Below, one piece after another: positions 62,897 to 64,000 of a stretch of 64,000 bases of DNA. Both the position numbers and the translations under genes were made by a program. Every line of letters begins with the position of its first letter. Positions within the stretch are counted from its first letter, which is position 1. The stretch lies in NCBI GenBank assembly GCA_033442325.1, contig JAWQFM010000010.1:449437-513436 (forward strand). Reading direction: 5' to 3'. Origin of the DNA: Salpingoeca rosetta (Eukaryota; Protista; Choanoflagellata). The notes under the pieces were generated by a model that had not been told where the DNA came from, ran no database searches, and saw only the letters and a list, made by a program, of their open reading frames with translations.

Positions 62897-63014
62897 TTTT
62901 ACCACCTGACAATAGATTTTACCAACTCGAGGACTGCTTTTACCACCAAGTCATTTTACCACTTTTGTTGCTGAAAAACTGACGGCGGACAAATCGAGGC
63001 CGCGAAATTTTCGC
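62897..63014. promoter_or_regulatory. Candidate cis-element cluster in divergent promoter: 4x TTTTACCA plus GCGAAA-T-TTTCGC inverted repeat
   Basis: TTTTACCA starts at 62897, 62917, 62938 and 62954. Inverted repeat at 63002-63014. Lies between two divergent start codons. Function is inferred only. Confidence 0.45.
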
Positions 63015-63403
63015 CGCGCGACACGATTGACGACACTCGTTTTGGGTTGAGAGGTGGGGATGCACCACCATCGATTGTTGTGAGCAGCAACGTGGGTGCT
63101 GGTTGGCTTGTGTTTGGCTTTGCTTCGCTGTGTTGCCCACCGATCTTGCCTGTGAGTGCAGTGCAAGTGCATGTATCGTCAGCTTCTTCGTCGTTCATGT
63201 TCGTTATGTTCATTTGTGTGTGTGTGTGTCTGTTTTCTGCTTCGGTTGTTGCTGCTTCGGTTGTTGCATTTCACGACAGCAGGCTGCAGCCACAACGCGA
63301 GACGACCTTTGTTTGCTCAAAGGACGAGTGGATCTTCGAGTGCCTCGCTTGACAATTTCGGCTGCGACCCAGTCCCTCTGCCCCCCCCCCACGTTCATCC
63401 ATC

Positions 63404-63761
63404 ATGCAGTGTACAGACTATGGAAAGCCAGGAGACGGCTCCAGTGCAGGCACGGCCTGCGCCTTGTCAAACAAGTCCAGCCTCCAAGACGCCTTCAAGA
63501 AGTTCAAGGCGCGACGCAAGGTACGGGCCCCGCAAAGGCGCAACAAATGCGTTGTCGATGAGCCACTTCGACGCACAAGATGGGGTCTTGTCGATAGATG
63601 AACATGCACCCTTGCGATCTCCATCATCTTGCGATCTCCATCGTCTTGCGGACTGCCAACGCTCACCACTGACACCTGCTCGTGTATGTGTGTGTGTGTT
63701 TGATGGTTAGGGCGAGATGAAGAAGCTGAAAAAGCTGGAGAAGAACGCCGGCGCCATCAAG
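63404..63761 (+). CDS. 5' part of an uncharacterised gene running off the window
   Basis: MQCTDYGKPGDGSSAGTACALSNKSSLQDAFKKFKARRK|gtac (63404-63520) splices in frame to GEMKKLKKLEKNAGAIK|gtga (63711-63761). Confidence 0.55.
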
Positions 63762-64000
63762 GTGAACGGATGTTTCGTGCGGTGCATATGCAGACACACA
63801 TCCACCTTCGCACCACGCACGCATGCACATACACAACGCACACACATACAAACGCACACACACAAACGCACACACATACGCACAAGCATACGCACACACA
63901 CACACATATACACACACATGCACAACAATTTGCGCAATTGGTTATCGATCCAACACACATGTCTGACATGACTCCTCTCCTTCTTGTCCTGCTCCATTAA

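Noticed and set aside
63470-63520. SLQDAF motif as an ALMS-motif protein
   Set aside because: Similarity is limited to a few residues and the gene is truncated by the window end.

Overview
Eukaryotic, intron-rich, gene-dense DNA. Short GT-AG introns are packed with (CA)n/(TG)n and trinucleotide microsatellites, and there are two assembly gaps. The style and gene content strongly suggest a choanoflagellate such as Salpingoeca rosetta (inference, not verified). Most ORFs in the supplied track are poly-CV/poly-HT artefacts of dinucleotide repeats. Splicing by hand gives about 16 genes: a Tyr-motif/SH3 scaffold, a membrane-anchored GDPGP1/VTC2-family HIT protein, a NAGPA-like phosphodiester glycosidase, LYAR, CFAP206, an RluA/RPUSD pseudouridine synthase, an intronless F-box/ankyrin protein, a twin-CX9C protein, an F-box/LRR protein, a KCTD-type BTB-Kelch protein, a secreted GH33 sialidase, an unknown multipass membrane protein, a TPR protein, a PKA catalytic subunit, a TSPAN13/31-like tetraspanin and a truncated unknown gene. 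The top candidate for novelty is the sialidase. Its N-terminal module, split over three exons and so invisible in the ORF track, closely resembles the sialic-acid-binding microneme adhesive repeat (MAR) of coccidian parasites. Other leads are a Kelch13-like architecture, a signal-anchored GDP-hexose phosphorylase, a new tyrosine-repeat scaffold and a tetraspanin lacking the CCG motif. No CRISPR array, rRNA, tRNA or recognisable transposon was found. All gene models are manual and all homology calls are from memory, without database searches.
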